From an uncultured Gammaproteobacteria bacterium (GTDB lineage: Bacteria > Patescibacteriota > Patescibacteriia > UBA10025 > JAHIVO01): DNA of 64,000 nt. The stretch is from the NCBI GenBank assembly GCA_964592105.1, contig CAZQBL010000016.1:2560-66559 (forward strand), read 5' to 3'. The notes beneath the pieces were generated by a model that was given only the letters and a program-made list of their open reading frames with translations, searched no databases and was not told where the DNA came from. Shown piece after piece: positions 19,140 to 28,928 of the stretch. The position numbers were made by a program, and so were the translations under genes. Position 1 is the stretch's first letter. The number at the start of each line of letters is the position of its first letter.

Positions 19140-22100
19140 ATGATATTTAGCGGGCTTCGGAAAAAAATATCAGACAGATTTCATAAATCTACGAAACTCT
19201 TTTCATTGAGCGCGTTTTCGGTGGCGGCAATTTTTTTATTAGGTGTAATTCTTATAATCATTCCCCACTCGGCCCAGGCCGGAATTGTCGAAACTTTGGG
19301 CGAGGGTCTGGCTTGGATAATTTTGCGGGTTGTTTCCTTGCTGGGAAAACTACTCGTGCTTATTATTAATTTATTTATCAACATCGCCCAGTACAATAAT
19401 TTCATCAATTCCGTGCCGGTGAGCGTGGGCTGGAGCATTGTGCGCGATGTCTGTAACATGTTTTTCATCGTGGCTCTCTTGGTTATCGCTTTTGGCACTA
19501 TTTTGAAAATCGAACGCTACCGCTACAACCGCCTGCTGGTCAACCTCATCATCATGGCCATACTTATCAATTTTTCCAAAGTCATCGCTGGTTTTTTTAT
19601 TGATTTCGGACAGGTAGTGATGATGACTTTTGTTAATGCCTTCAAAGACGCGGCCGCGGGCAATTTCACCCAGGCCTTCCGCATGAGGGAAATATTGGAG
19701 CTGCGGGATGATATTCCCGAAATTAACACCGCTGATTTTCTGGGAGCGGCCGTTTTAGCCCTAGCTATGGTGCTTATTGCCTTGGTGGTAATGATTGCTC
19801 TTTTGGTAGTGATTTTGGTCAGGATTATAATGTTGTGGATTCTGGTGGTGCTCTCCCCCTTGGCTTATCTGCTGTCGGTTTTGCCCGGCTCCTGGCAGCA
19901 GCAGTCCTCCAAGTGGTGGTCAAATTTTGGTAAATGGGTAGCTATTGGTCCGGTTCTGGCTTTTTTTGTCTGGTTGTCATTGACTGTTATCGGCGATCCG
20001 AGTGGCACCAAGGATTTTATTACTACAACCAAGGATGAGGTTAGCGCCAGCGGTCAGCTGGTAGAAACGGTAGGCAATGACAGGTTATCAGCGGCCATTA
20101 CTAAAGCCTCGTCAACTGATAACATGCTGGGATTTGCTTTGGGCATTTCCATGCTGATAATGGCGTTATTAACCGCCCAGCAAATGGGCGGGATAGCTGG
20201 AAATTTTGCGGGCAAGGCCCTAAATAAAATCCAAAGCGGTGCTATGGCCGTGACGGGCGCGCGCTGGGTTCAGGACAGATGGCGGGCTTTTCAGGGCATG
20301 CGTGAGCAAAAACGCAAAGAAAAAGCGGCCAGGTTTGGCGCCAGGGCTTATGGTATTTACGAAGGCGCTAAAAGCATCCCCGGAGCAGCGTTTAAAGCCG
20401 CGGGCAAAGGCATTGATTATGTCGCGGAGAAGGCCGGTAAAAAAATTGCTGGTGATGGCACTAGTAGATTCAGAAAGGGAGCCGGCTGGGTTGCCGAAAA
20501 AGCTATTAAAGTTGGTGCGCGCTCGTTAGTGGTTGGAGGCGCGGGCGCTTTGACTGGTGGAGCGGGTTTTGGCTTGGCGCTCGGGGGCGTCGCCACCCCG
20601 CTGGCTTTGACGACCGCCAAAATGATGAGGGAAGGCAGTAAGGGGGTAAGTGATTTTACGAAAAAATTGGAAAAAGGTTTCATGAACAGGGTCGCTGCTT
20701 CCATGACCGAAAAAGGCGATTTCGTGGATTCAAACGGAAAAGCAGTTGATTCAAGCGTGAGGGGTCATTACGCATATGATAACCGAGCCGGAGCTTATTT
20801 AAAGGATACAACCATGGCCAGGTTTAAAAATCTTGATTTACAGGGCGTTAGCTATGATGACACAGAAAAAAAATGGCAAGCTCATGTGAAGAGGTCTGAT
20901 GGTAGTATAGAAAAGATACATTTAGGAAACGACGAATTATTAACTAAAGATGGGTCGCTGGTTGATAAATATGGAAAAATTGAGGATGTTGATAACCCTG
21001 ATTTGAAGTATAAATATGATCAAGAAGCGATGACTTATTATCGGGTTAATGATCGCGGCGAAGCCGTGGATAAAGACGGAAGGATTGCCCAAAAATTAGA
21101 AGACCGCGTTTACGCTGGAGGTAAAAGGTTGCCTAAATTCGTTCAGGAACTGGGCTATGGTTGGGCTTTGGGCAGGACCCAGTCCTGGGCTTTGCGCGCC
21201 AGAGGTGAACAGGAAAGAATTAGCAAAAGTTCCCAGGAAATGATCGCGGCCGGGATTTCTCCGGAATTGATGCACCGCGGTCTTAATGATAACAATTTAT
21301 CCAATGACGCTCGTCTGGCTCGCGGTCTGGCTTTGGCGGCTAGAGACGGCTTCAAGGGTATGGACGTGTCCATGGCCCGCGCCGACGTGGAACTCATAAA
21401 GAAATTGACCGCCTCCAATACTTTATTGGCTAAAGAATTTCAGGAAAACATGTACAAGCGCTTTGCGCATTTGTACCATGATTTGTCCACGGAAACCGGC
21501 CGAGGCCAGCTGAAAAAAGCCGCGGCGGAAGGCCGGGTGGATTTAACCCGCCAGGACGATTCATCATTGACTCCAGATTTTTTGAAAGTTATGAGGGATC
21601 ATTTTGGTAAAAAATATCTATCTAAGCTGGAAGATGCCGCTTCAACTGATGATCGAGAGAAGAAGATAATCAGTTCTTTGAAGTCTTTGGTTAATGAGCT
21701 TGGCAATCAAGTAAGAGATGAAAAAGGTGATAAAAGGATTCTGCCCGATCGTTTGGCCTTGGCAAATATCAGTGGCGATCTGCCAACCGCACTGGGTCGA
21801 GTTATAAAAGATAAAGATACTGGTGAAGAGAGAATGAATCCAGAATATTCCAATAATGTCGCGGATTTCATTAAAAATGCTAAAGTTGAACATATTATCA
21901 AAATAAACCCTGATTTGATTGATATCGACGAAAACGGCCTGATAAATAATGAGGCAATTAAAAGATTGATTGATAAATATAATTTGCAAGGAGACGAGCA
22001 AGCGAAAATTGATCAGGCCAAGGCACTTATTAACGCTACGATAGAGGGCTTCAAGGCTATAGATAAAAATCAAATAAATTCCGTGCTCAGATCGAGAGAA

Positions 22101-22232
22101 GCAACACAGAGATTGAAGGTATTGATTGATAGGGTTTATAAAAAAACTCACGCAAATGAACAAGATAATGTGGATAAGCAAAATGATGGAGATCAGGATG
22201 AGGAAGAAGATAAGGGTTCAGCAATAAAATAA
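19140..22232 (+). CDS. VirB6/TrbL-like polytopic membrane protein with a long hydrophilic C-terminal extension
   Basis: The first ~350 aa carry at least 6 TM helices. A Gly/Ala-rich segment and about 550 aa of charged, coiled-coil-like sequence follow. The protein sits in a T4SS-like gene neighbourhood; the assignment rests on topology and context only. Confidence 0.45.
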   Translation: MIFSGLRKKISDRFHKSTKLFSLSAFSVAAIFLLGVILIIIPHSAQAGIVETLGEGLAWIILRVVSLLGKLLVLIINLFINIAQYNNFINSVPVSVGWSIVRDVCNMFFIVALLVIAFGTILKIERYRYNRLLVNLIIMAILINFSKVIAGFFIDFGQVVMMTFVNAFKDAAAGNFTQAFRMREILELRDDIPEINTADFLGAAVLALAMVLIALVVMIALLVVILVRIIMLWILVVLSPLAYLLSVLPGSWQQQSSKWWSNFGKWVAIGPVLAFFVWLSLTVIGDPSGTKDFITTTKDEVSASGQLVETVGNDRLSAAITKASSTDNMLGFALGISMLIMALLTAQQMGGIAGNFAGKALNKIQSGAMAVTGARWVQDRWRAFQGMREQKRKEKAARFGARAYGIYEGAKSIPGAAFKAAGKGIDYVAEKAGKKIAGDGTSRFRKGAGWVAEKAIKVGARSLVVGGAGALTGGAGFGLALGGVATPLALTTAKMMREGSKGVSDFTKKLEKGFMNRVAASMTEKGDFVDSNGKAVDSSVRGHYAYDNRAGAYLKDTTMARFKNLDLQGVSYDDTEKKWQAHVKRSDGSIEKIHLGNDELLTKDGSLVDKYGKIEDVDNPDLKYKYDQEAMTYYRVNDRGEAVDKDGRIAQKLEDRVYAGGKRLPKFVQELGYGWALGRTQSWALRARGEQERISKSSQEMIAAGISPELMHRGLNDNNLSNDARLARGLALAARDGFKGMDVSMARADVELIKKLTASNTLLAKEFQENMYKRFAHLYHDLSTETGRGQLKKAAAEGRVDLTRQDDSSLTPDFLKVMRDHFGKKYLSKLEDAASTDDREKKIISSLKSLVNELGNQVRDEKGDKRILPDRLALANISGDLPTALGRVIKDKDTGEERMNPEYSNNVADFIKNAKVEHIIKINPDLIDIDENGLINNEAIKRLIDKYNLQGDEQAKIDQAKALINATIEGFKAIDKNQINSVLRSREATQRLKVLIDRVYKKTHANEQDNVDKQNDGDQDEEEDKGSAIK

Positions 22233-22351
22233 TCACCGAAAATCTTAATGAAAACCTCACTGATTATATGAATGACCCAAATAGAAAAAATCTAGTTGAT
22301 TTATATGAAGTGCGTCTCGCATAATGATAATAATTATTCTTAAGCAGTTTT

Positions 22352-23464
22352 ATGGACAATCATACAATTCCAGCCATAGACGACAAAAAAGAAAAGGAAG
22401 AGGCTTTACAGCTTTTCCGCGAAGGCATACGCGATGTTTTGTCTTTGGACCACCCGGATGACGGTTTTATTATCAGCCAGTTCAATTTTACTTTAATCAG
22501 GTTCATGCTTGAGGATCCTATGTTCAGGCGGAATATCGAACGGGCCTTGTACGAAAACAAAGAAGAGCTGACAGAAGGTAGTTTACTTCTGGGCGACAAA
22601 GAACAGCCACCGACGGTGGGCAACTGGCTTAAAGATTTTATCCAGCGCGAAGGCTCCGGGCTTTTTGATAACGTGGTTTTATCTCGTTATTTGACTAGTT
22701 CCCCAAACACCAGGCATATCTCAGAAAAAGATAGGCAGAAAGTTAGGAAGCTGTTGCGGCTGTACCGTAACTTCAAGTTTTTTCCAGAGAGCATGGCTGA
22801 CAGAATCGTCGCTCAATGGGAAATAATTCCCATGCCAGCCGGTGAGGAAGTTTTGACTAAGGCTGCCACTGTTAAGACGCCTGGTCAGCAGGGCGAAATT
22901 GAGAATATCGAATTTACTCCTTCGGCCAATCCTTTGGACATGCTTAAGGCTAAATACGAAACTTATCGCCTGAAACGCGAACCAGTCCTAAAAATCGAAG
23001 ACGAGCTTATAGTTAAAACCCGCGGTGAAATTTCTAAACTCTCCAGAGAGTTGTCAGTGGCTACGCGCACTGGCGATAAAAATAAAGCTATTGCCTGTCT
23101 GAAGCTAATGGCCAGGCAGGGAGCCTTATTGAATTCTTTGTATGACAATCTTTCTTGGCTGGCGGCGGTCTCGGAATACATTCAGAAAAAATACACTGGA
23201 AAATTTCCAGCTCCGGAGGTGGCCATGGCTGTAGCTAATTTGAAATTGGACGCCAAAAACCCGGCGGCCATTTCGGAATTACTACAGTACATTCTTAAGG
23301 AAAAATTAAAACTCAACGAAAACGATTCAGCGCTTATCGGCGTGGAAATAGGTCAGCTTTTGGGCGGGGCCTATCAGGGGCTGGCTTATGGCAATCAGGC
23401 CACGGGTAGTTTTGAGTGGAGCCAGAATAAGATTGTGGATAAGAAATTGGTTAGCGAGATTTAA
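22352..23464 (+). CDS. hypothetical protein
   Basis: 370-aa ORF with coding-like composition and no recognisable motif. It is part of the colinear + strand gene string. Confidence 0.4.
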   Translation: MDNHTIPAIDDKKEKEEALQLFREGIRDVLSLDHPDDGFIISQFNFTLIRFMLEDPMFRRNIERALYENKEELTEGSLLLGDKEQPPTVGNWLKDFIQREGSGLFDNVVLSRYLTSSPNTRHISEKDRQKVRKLLRLYRNFKFFPESMADRIVAQWEIIPMPAGEEVLTKAATVKTPGQQGEIENIEFTPSANPLDMLKAKYETYRLKREPVLKIEDELIVKTRGEISKLSRELSVATRTGDKNKAIACLKLMARQGALLNSLYDNLSWLAAVSEYIQKKYTGKFPAPEVAMAVANLKLDAKNPAAISELLQYILKEKLKLNENDSALIGVEIGQLLGGAYQGLAYGNQATGSFEWSQNKIVDKKLVSEI

Positions 23465-23706
23465 ATGCTGTTTGCTGTCGTTGATATATCTGTTATGCTG
23501 AACCTGATTAAGCACATCTCTGATAATAATATCCGTGATGCCAAATTAAATTCAGGGTAATAAACGCGCATTTTTACGAGTTATTATTAAATGAAACAGA
23601 CAAGACCTTAAAAATACGGTGTTTTTTTAGTTATTTTTGTATTTTGATTTTTATATGTGTTTGTGCTATAATAAAACCACTTTGAGTTGATTTTTTGTAG
23701 TAAAAT

Positions 23707-25014
23707 ATGGTTGAGGAAAACCAAAACAATATCTTTCCCGGGGGCTTTTTAATCAAGGATAAAAGTGGCCAGTTAAAAAAAGTCCAAGACGATAAAATAG
23801 TGGATTATAAGCCGGTTGGCCCAACAATCACTTCAGGTCAGCCAGCAGAAATGACGTCAAAATCTCAGCCACTACCTAAGCAACCTGTAAGATCCCAGCC
23901 AAGACCAATAGCATCTACTCTCCCTCTAGCCCCTCAACCACCGCTGTCTTCCTCTCCTCATGCGGCTTTTTATTTTTCCCCGGAAGATGAGGACGAAATA
24001 AAAAAACATGCCGAAGCCCTGAAAGAGATAATGGCCAAGCCCACAGAAACCGTGGTGGTCTCGGATACGACAGACGTCAGTTCCGCGATTAAGAGTATTA
24101 TTCAGAAAAACGGTATTAATTTCAATGATGAGGTTTTGAATAAGCGTTTTGGCAAAGTGATGGAATCTTTTTTCAATGATGTTCGCACCGGGCTGGAAAC
24201 TGAGGAAGTGCTGACTCGCCCGCAGAAAATTGGCGGTTTAGCCTTGGCGCCTGAAGTAGCCAAAAAAATTGTGGATAATGCCATAACTGAAGCGAATAAA
24301 ATTAGGGCTGCCAAAATTTCGCCAATCATGACTGGAACTCAAGGCCGGCCATTGAAAACAGCAATGGTCGAAAAATCAGATTTAAGTAAGGCGCCGCCGG
24401 ATTTTATACCACGACCCCAGCCCAAACCCACTGCTCCCCCGGTACCGCCACCCTCGTCCATGCCCAGTCAGCCGTTGAAAACTAAAGTTGAAATTAGTCA
24501 GGCCGAAGAACCAAAAATAGCATCTTCTGTCTCCCGGCCGCCTTTGGCCACGAAATTTTCGGCACCGCCGACTCCCCCTGCCTCGCCGTTGGTTCTGGAG
24601 AGGCCTCAGGAGACGATGACGAACATCGCTTATAAAAGGCCGTCCGAGCCGAGCCGGCCGCAGATGGTAGATATCAAACAGCCGATTAAGGTTGTTGGAC
24701 CGGTTGAGGAAATGGCTGAAATAGATTTGGCGGAATTTCGCAAGTTCAGCCCCAACCCTTATGAGGCAGCCAAAAGAGTTTTGGAGAAAATCCAGCTGCT
24801 GCAAGAAGATTCTTGGCAGATGAGACTGGACGGCATCAAGGCCTGGAAAAAATCGGAAACCTATCAACTTTATTTGGCTTTGGGTCGTGAGAGTCTGGAA
24901 GGTGGTGTGGGTCTTGATAGCGTCATCAAAACGAGAAAGCAGGACAATAAGCCGTATTTGGAAAAAGAGGAGTTTCTGGCCATAAATGAACTTAATAATA
25001 GTTTGACTTTCTAA
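23707..25014 (+). CDS. proline-rich hypothetical protein
   Basis: 435-aa ORF with Pro-rich tracts (PQPKPTAPPVPPPSS, PPTPPASP). Its stop lies 2 nt before the start of the next gene. Confidence 0.4.
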   Translation: MVEENQNNIFPGGFLIKDKSGQLKKVQDDKIVDYKPVGPTITSGQPAEMTSKSQPLPKQPVRSQPRPIASTLPLAPQPPLSSSPHAAFYFSPEDEDEIKKHAEALKEIMAKPTETVVVSDTTDVSSAIKSIIQKNGINFNDEVLNKRFGKVMESFFNDVRTGLETEEVLTRPQKIGGLALAPEVAKKIVDNAITEANKIRAAKISPIMTGTQGRPLKTAMVEKSDLSKAPPDFIPRPQPKPTAPPVPPPSSMPSQPLKTKVEISQAEEPKIASSVSRPPLATKFSAPPTPPASPLVLERPQETMTNIAYKRPSEPSRPQMVDIKQPIKVVGPVEEMAEIDLAEFRKFSPNPYEAAKRVLEKIQLLQEDSWQMRLDGIKAWKKSETYQLYLALGRESLEGGVGLDSVIKTRKQDNKPYLEKEEFLAINELNNSLTF

Positions 25015-25016
25015 AA

Positions 25017-25439
25017 ATGGATCAATTCGTTGTCCCACAATTCATCGACGTAGAAAACAAAATCATCGGTCCTTTGACCGTCAGGCAGTTTTTGACTTTT
25101 CTGGTAGGGGCCGGACTTATGTTTGTGGTTTTTAAGTTGGCCAGTTTTTGGCTGGCGGCTATAGAAAATTTGTTTATTTTTGCCCTGACCGGAGTTTTCG
25201 CTTTTTTCAAGATTAATGGCCGGCCATTTCATTATTTTGTTCTGAACATGATTCAGACTTTGCGCCGTCCGATTCTGAAAGTGTGGAATAAAGAGACATC
25301 CGTGATTCAAAAGAAAAAAGAAGACAAAAAGGAAGAGCCGCCCAAAATTATTGTTAAAAAACACGTGACCGCTTCGCGCTTAAGCGAGCTTTCGCTGGTG
25401 GTTGATACCGGCGGCGCGTATCGCGAAGGCGAAGTTTGA
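25017..25439 (+). CDS. VirB3/PrgI-like small two-TM membrane protein
   Basis: 140 aa. The motif IGPLTVRQFLTFLVGAGL is followed by two hydrophobic helices. The gene sits immediately upstream of the VirB4 ATPase gene, as virB3/prgI does in T4SS operons. Confidence 0.45.
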   Translation: MDQFVVPQFIDVENKIIGPLTVRQFLTFLVGAGLMFVVFKLASFWLAAIENLFIFALTGVFAFFKINGRPFHYFVLNMIQTLRRPILKVWNKETSVIQKKKEDKKEEPPKIIVKKHVTASRLSELSLVVDTGGAYREGEV

Positions 25440-25535
25440 TTGAGTAATGTATTATTTTAAGAAATATGAGGACCAAGACTCAAGGAAATAAATTTTATAT
25501 TATACATTATTCATAATAAATAATAAATTAAGAAC

Positions 25536-26219
25536 GTGGCTCAAGCTAAAGATAAAATTTCTAAAAAACAAACCCTGCCATCCACTCAGAAGTATTTACC
25601 TATTACCGAAATTCGAGATAATGTGATTATCATGAAAGACGGAACATTGCGCGGTGTGATTTTGGTGTCATCAATAAACTTTTCACTTAAATCGGAGGAG
25701 GAACAAAACGCCGTGATTCAAGGCTATATCCAATTTTTGAATTCTTTGGAATTTCCTTTGCAAGTTTTAGTTCAGTCGCGCAAGCTCAATATAGACGACT
25801 ATTTGGAACGGCTGAAAAACATTGAAAAAGAACAAACCAATGAACTTTTGAAGATGCAAACCAGGGAATACCGACAGTACATCGCCGAGCTGGTACAGCT
25901 GGCTGATATCATGAGTAAGAAGTTTTACATGGTGGTGCCTTTCTCCGCGGCCACCATGAAGTCCAAGGGTTTTTTTGCCCGCTTAAAAGAAGCGATTTCA
26001 CCGACTTCGGAAATTATAATCAAACAGAAAAAATTCGAAAACTACCGCTTGGAACTGGCTAAGCGCCTGGAATACATTATTGACGGTTTGAGCTCTATCG
26101 GCTTACAGGCCGTTCCTTTGGATACTCAGAGCTTGATCGAGCTTTTCTACAATACCTATAATCCGGACACATACGATCAGCAAAGGTTAGTGGACATCAA
26201 TAAACTCAATCTCGACTAA
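25536..26219 (+). CDS. VirB4/TrbE N-terminal domain encoded as a separate ORF
   Basis: LPITEIRDNVIIMKDGTLRGVILVSSINFSLKSEEEQNAVIQGYIQFLNSL...QVLVQSRK follows the conserved start of VirB4 family proteins. Compare A. tumefaciens VirB4 LPYIGHLSDHIVLLEDGSIMSIARIDGVAFELEEIE...FNTLFRNI...HLVRH. GTG start. Confidence 0.55.
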   Translation: MAQAKDKISKKQTLPSTQKYLPITEIRDNVIIMKDGTLRGVILVSSINFSLKSEEEQNAVIQGYIQFLNSLEFPLQVLVQSRKLNIDDYLERLKNIEKEQTNELLKMQTREYRQYIAELVQLADIMSKKFYMVVPFSAATMKSKGFFARLKEAISPTSEIIIKQKKFENYRLELAKRLEYIIDGLSSIGLQAVPLDTQSLIELFYNTYNPDTYDQQRLVDINKLNLD

Positions 26220-26221
26220 TT

Positions 26222-28114
26222 ATGGTGGAATTATTTCGCAAAACAAAAGTAATGCCGACCGAGACCCCGCCGGAGTTAAGCCCAGCAGAACAGCAGCAAC
26301 TGGCTCGCGAGCAGCTTGAAGAAAAAAAGGAATTATTGGAAGCGGAACGAGTTTATCGACGAGGCGTAACTACGGTTAAGGATTTAATTGCACCGGCTGC
26401 CATGAAAGTGGAGTCAAAATACTTGGAGCTTGGCTCGCAGTTCGTGCGCACGCTTTTTGTGGTCACTTACCCGCGTTATATCCGGGTAGGTTGGTTCGCG
26501 CCCATTATCAATCTCAACGTGCCTTTGGATATAGCCATGTATTATTATCCTATCGGCTCCGAAGTTATTCTAAAACAATTAAGGAATAAGGTCGGCGCTT
26601 TGGAGGCGCAAATATTGTCAGACGCGGAAAAAGGAGCCCCGCGCGATCCTATCCGCGAAACAGCTTTGCGGGATATTGAAAAATTACGTGATGATTTGAC
26701 CCAGGGCGTGGAGAGATTTTTCCAATTCGCCCTGTATGTGACTCTTTACGCGGGTAGCAAGGATGAGCTGGATAAGATATCCGAAAAAGTGGAATCATTA
26801 TTCGGTTCCAAGCTGGTTTATACCAAACGCGTGCTGTATCAGTCCGAGCAAGGGTTCAACTCTACTTTGCCTTTGGCTAATGATGAACTAGGTATCAGTT
26901 TCAATCTTTCTACTTCTCCATGCGCCTCGTCTTTTCCTTTCATTTCTTCGGAACTTACTTCTGACAACGGTATTCTTTACGGCATCAACCGCCATAATAA
27001 CAGTTTAATTTTGTTTGACCGATTTTCTTTGCAAAATGCTAATTCAGTAGTCTTTGCCACTTCCGGCGCCGGAAAAAGTTACGCCGTAAAACTGGAAATT
27101 TTGCGAAGTATGATGTTGGGCACGGACGTTATTGTTATCGACCCGGAAATGGAATACAAATATTTATCCGACGCGGTCGGCGGCACTTACATTAATATTT
27201 CATTAAGTTCAGAAAGCAAAATAAATCCTTTTGACCTGCCTCGCCCTACCCGCAAAGATGAAAAAACATCGGATATAATTCGTTCGGCGGTTATTACCTT
27301 AAAAGGTCTTTTGCGTCTAATGTTAGGTCAATTTACACACGAAGAAGATTCACTTGTTGATCGGGCGCTTATCGAAACATATGCCAAAAAAGATATTACC
27401 AGCGATTCGGATTTAACTCATATTGAGCCGCCAATTTTCAAGGATTTTGAGGAAGTGCTGGAAGGTATGGTCGGAGCTGAAGATCTGGTAGTGCGGTTGA
27501 AAAAATACACCGAGGGTACTTTCGCCGGTCTGCTGAACAATCCAACCAACGTGGAACTGAATAATCAGCTGGTGGTTTTTTCCGTGCGCGATCTGGAGGA
27601 CGAATTAAAACCAGTAGGCATCTCCCTGATCGTGTCTTATATTTGGAATGTGGTTCGCTCCAGACTGAAAAAGCGTATCATGGTTATTGACGAAGGTTGG
27701 TGGTTGATGCAACAGGAAGATTCGGCCAAGTTCATTTATGCCCTGGTCAAGCGCTGCCGTAAGTATTATTTGGGAGTTACGACCATTACTCAGGATGTGA
27801 ACGATTTTTTACGCTCTCCATACGGCCAGGCGATAGTTACCAATTCATCCATACAGTTGCTAATGAAACAATCCCCGGCGGCCATCGATCTTATTGCCAA
27901 AACTTTTTTACTGACCGAAGGTGAAAAATACCTTCTTCTGGAATGCGGCGTGGGCGAGGGTATATTCTTTGCCGGTTCAAAACATGCCGCCATTAAAATC
28001 GTAGCTTCCTATACCGAAGATCAAATAATCACTTCCGATCCTAGGCAGCTTTTGGAGATTGAGCAAGCCAAGAAAGAGTTTGATCAGGCGCAGATGCAAC
28101 AGACACAAGGGTAG
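26222..28114 (+). CDS. virB4: VirB4/TrbE/CagE-family type IV secretion ATPase (central and C-terminal part)
   Basis: Walker A is FATSGAGKSYAVK and Walker B is IMVIDEGWWLM. VirB4-type blocks VTYPRYIRVGWFAPI and GVTTITQDVNDF are present. Confidence 0.85.
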   Translation: MVELFRKTKVMPTETPPELSPAEQQQLAREQLEEKKELLEAERVYRRGVTTVKDLIAPAAMKVESKYLELGSQFVRTLFVVTYPRYIRVGWFAPIINLNVPLDIAMYYYPIGSEVILKQLRNKVGALEAQILSDAEKGAPRDPIRETALRDIEKLRDDLTQGVERFFQFALYVTLYAGSKDELDKISEKVESLFGSKLVYTKRVLYQSEQGFNSTLPLANDELGISFNLSTSPCASSFPFISSELTSDNGILYGINRHNNSLILFDRFSLQNANSVVFATSGAGKSYAVKLEILRSMMLGTDVIVIDPEMEYKYLSDAVGGTYINISLSSESKINPFDLPRPTRKDEKTSDIIRSAVITLKGLLRLMLGQFTHEEDSLVDRALIETYAKKDITSDSDLTHIEPPIFKDFEEVLEGMVGAEDLVVRLKKYTEGTFAGLLNNPTNVELNNQLVVFSVRDLEDELKPVGISLIVSYIWNVVRSRLKKRIMVIDEGWWLMQQEDSAKFIYALVKRCRKYYLGVTTITQDVNDFLRSPYGQAIVTNSSIQLLMKQSPAAIDLIAKTFLLTEGEKYLLLECGVGEGIFFAGSKHAAIKIVASYTEDQIITSDPRQLLEIEQAKKEFDQAQMQQTQG

Positions 28115-28337
28115 TCGTTCGGAGGGACGTCGTCCTGGGTAAACGACCGAATAATCCTCATTCACGGAATTGATTTCACGTGAAGCAAATCAAGATTTAC
28201 ACCGTATATAAATTAACCAAACTGGAAAGATTTGACTGATTTCATATTACATATTATAAATGGATTAATAAAGATTCTTCGCTCCGCTCAGAATGGCGAT
28301 GGTGGGCACATAATAATCAAAATAATAAATTATTTAT

Positions 28338-28916
28338 ATGGTCATGACCGAAAATAATAAAAGGATATTAATCGTTGTTGTTGTAGTTGTGATTGTCGCC
28401 GCGGCTTTCGTGATTTGGTGGTTGACACGACCAGCCGAAGAAATAATCGGCAACACCAATACCACGCCCGTGAACAACGCCCAAACTGTAGTTATCAACA
28501 CCAATACCGCCGCCAACCAGAATACCAACGCTCAAACCGAAGAGCAGGTAGCCATGGTGCGTTTGGCCAATCTTTTTACTGAGCGCTTCGGCAGCTATTC
28601 TTCTGAAGCGGAATTTCAGAATATTATTGATTTGAAAAAGTTTATGACGACTAAAATGCAATCTTGGGCCGATACTTACGTGACCACGCATAAAAAAACT
28701 CTTAATAGTCAAAGCACCTTTATATCCATAACTACCAAAGTGCTGTCAACTACAGTAAACAGTTTTTCGGATAAAAAAGCCGAGGTTCGCTCCACGACTT
28801 CGCGGGTTGAGGAGGGAGAAAATACCAATGACGTTAGAGCCTATAATCAGGATATTGTTTTACAGCTTGTAAAACAGGGGAATGACTGGAAAGTAGATAG
28901 TGCCTTTTGGCAATAA
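28338..28916 (+). CDS. membrane-anchored protein, possibly VirB8/PrgL-like (NTF2-like fold)
   Basis: An N-terminal TM helix, an Asn/Thr/Gln-rich linker, then a globular domain of about 120 aa that ends in W. The call rests on position downstream of virB4 and on topology; sequence similarity is not demonstrable by eye. Confidence 0.3.
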   Translation: MVMTENNKRILIVVVVVVIVAAAFVIWWLTRPAEEIIGNTNTTPVNNAQTVVINTNTAANQNTNAQTEEQVAMVRLANLFTERFGSYSSEAEFQNIIDLKKFMTTKMQSWADTYVTTHKKTLNSQSTFISITTKVLSTTVNSFSDKKAEVRSTTSRVEEGENTNDVRAYNQDIVLQLVKQGNDWKVDSAFWQ

Positions 28917-28928
28917 ACTAACATCAAT

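Noticed and set aside
23465-23560. 31-codon ORF (MLFAVVDISVMLNLIKHISDNNIRDAKLNSG) starting at the stop of the 370-aa gene.
   Set aside because: It has no TM or motif, a weak coding signal and is short. It could be real but cannot be supported from sequence alone.
28112-28190. Hairpin-like GC-rich palindromes after the virB4 stop (GGGACGTCGTCC, TTCACGTGAA).
   Set aside because: They are short restriction-site-like palindromes without a following U-tract. Evidence is insufficient to call a terminator or operator.
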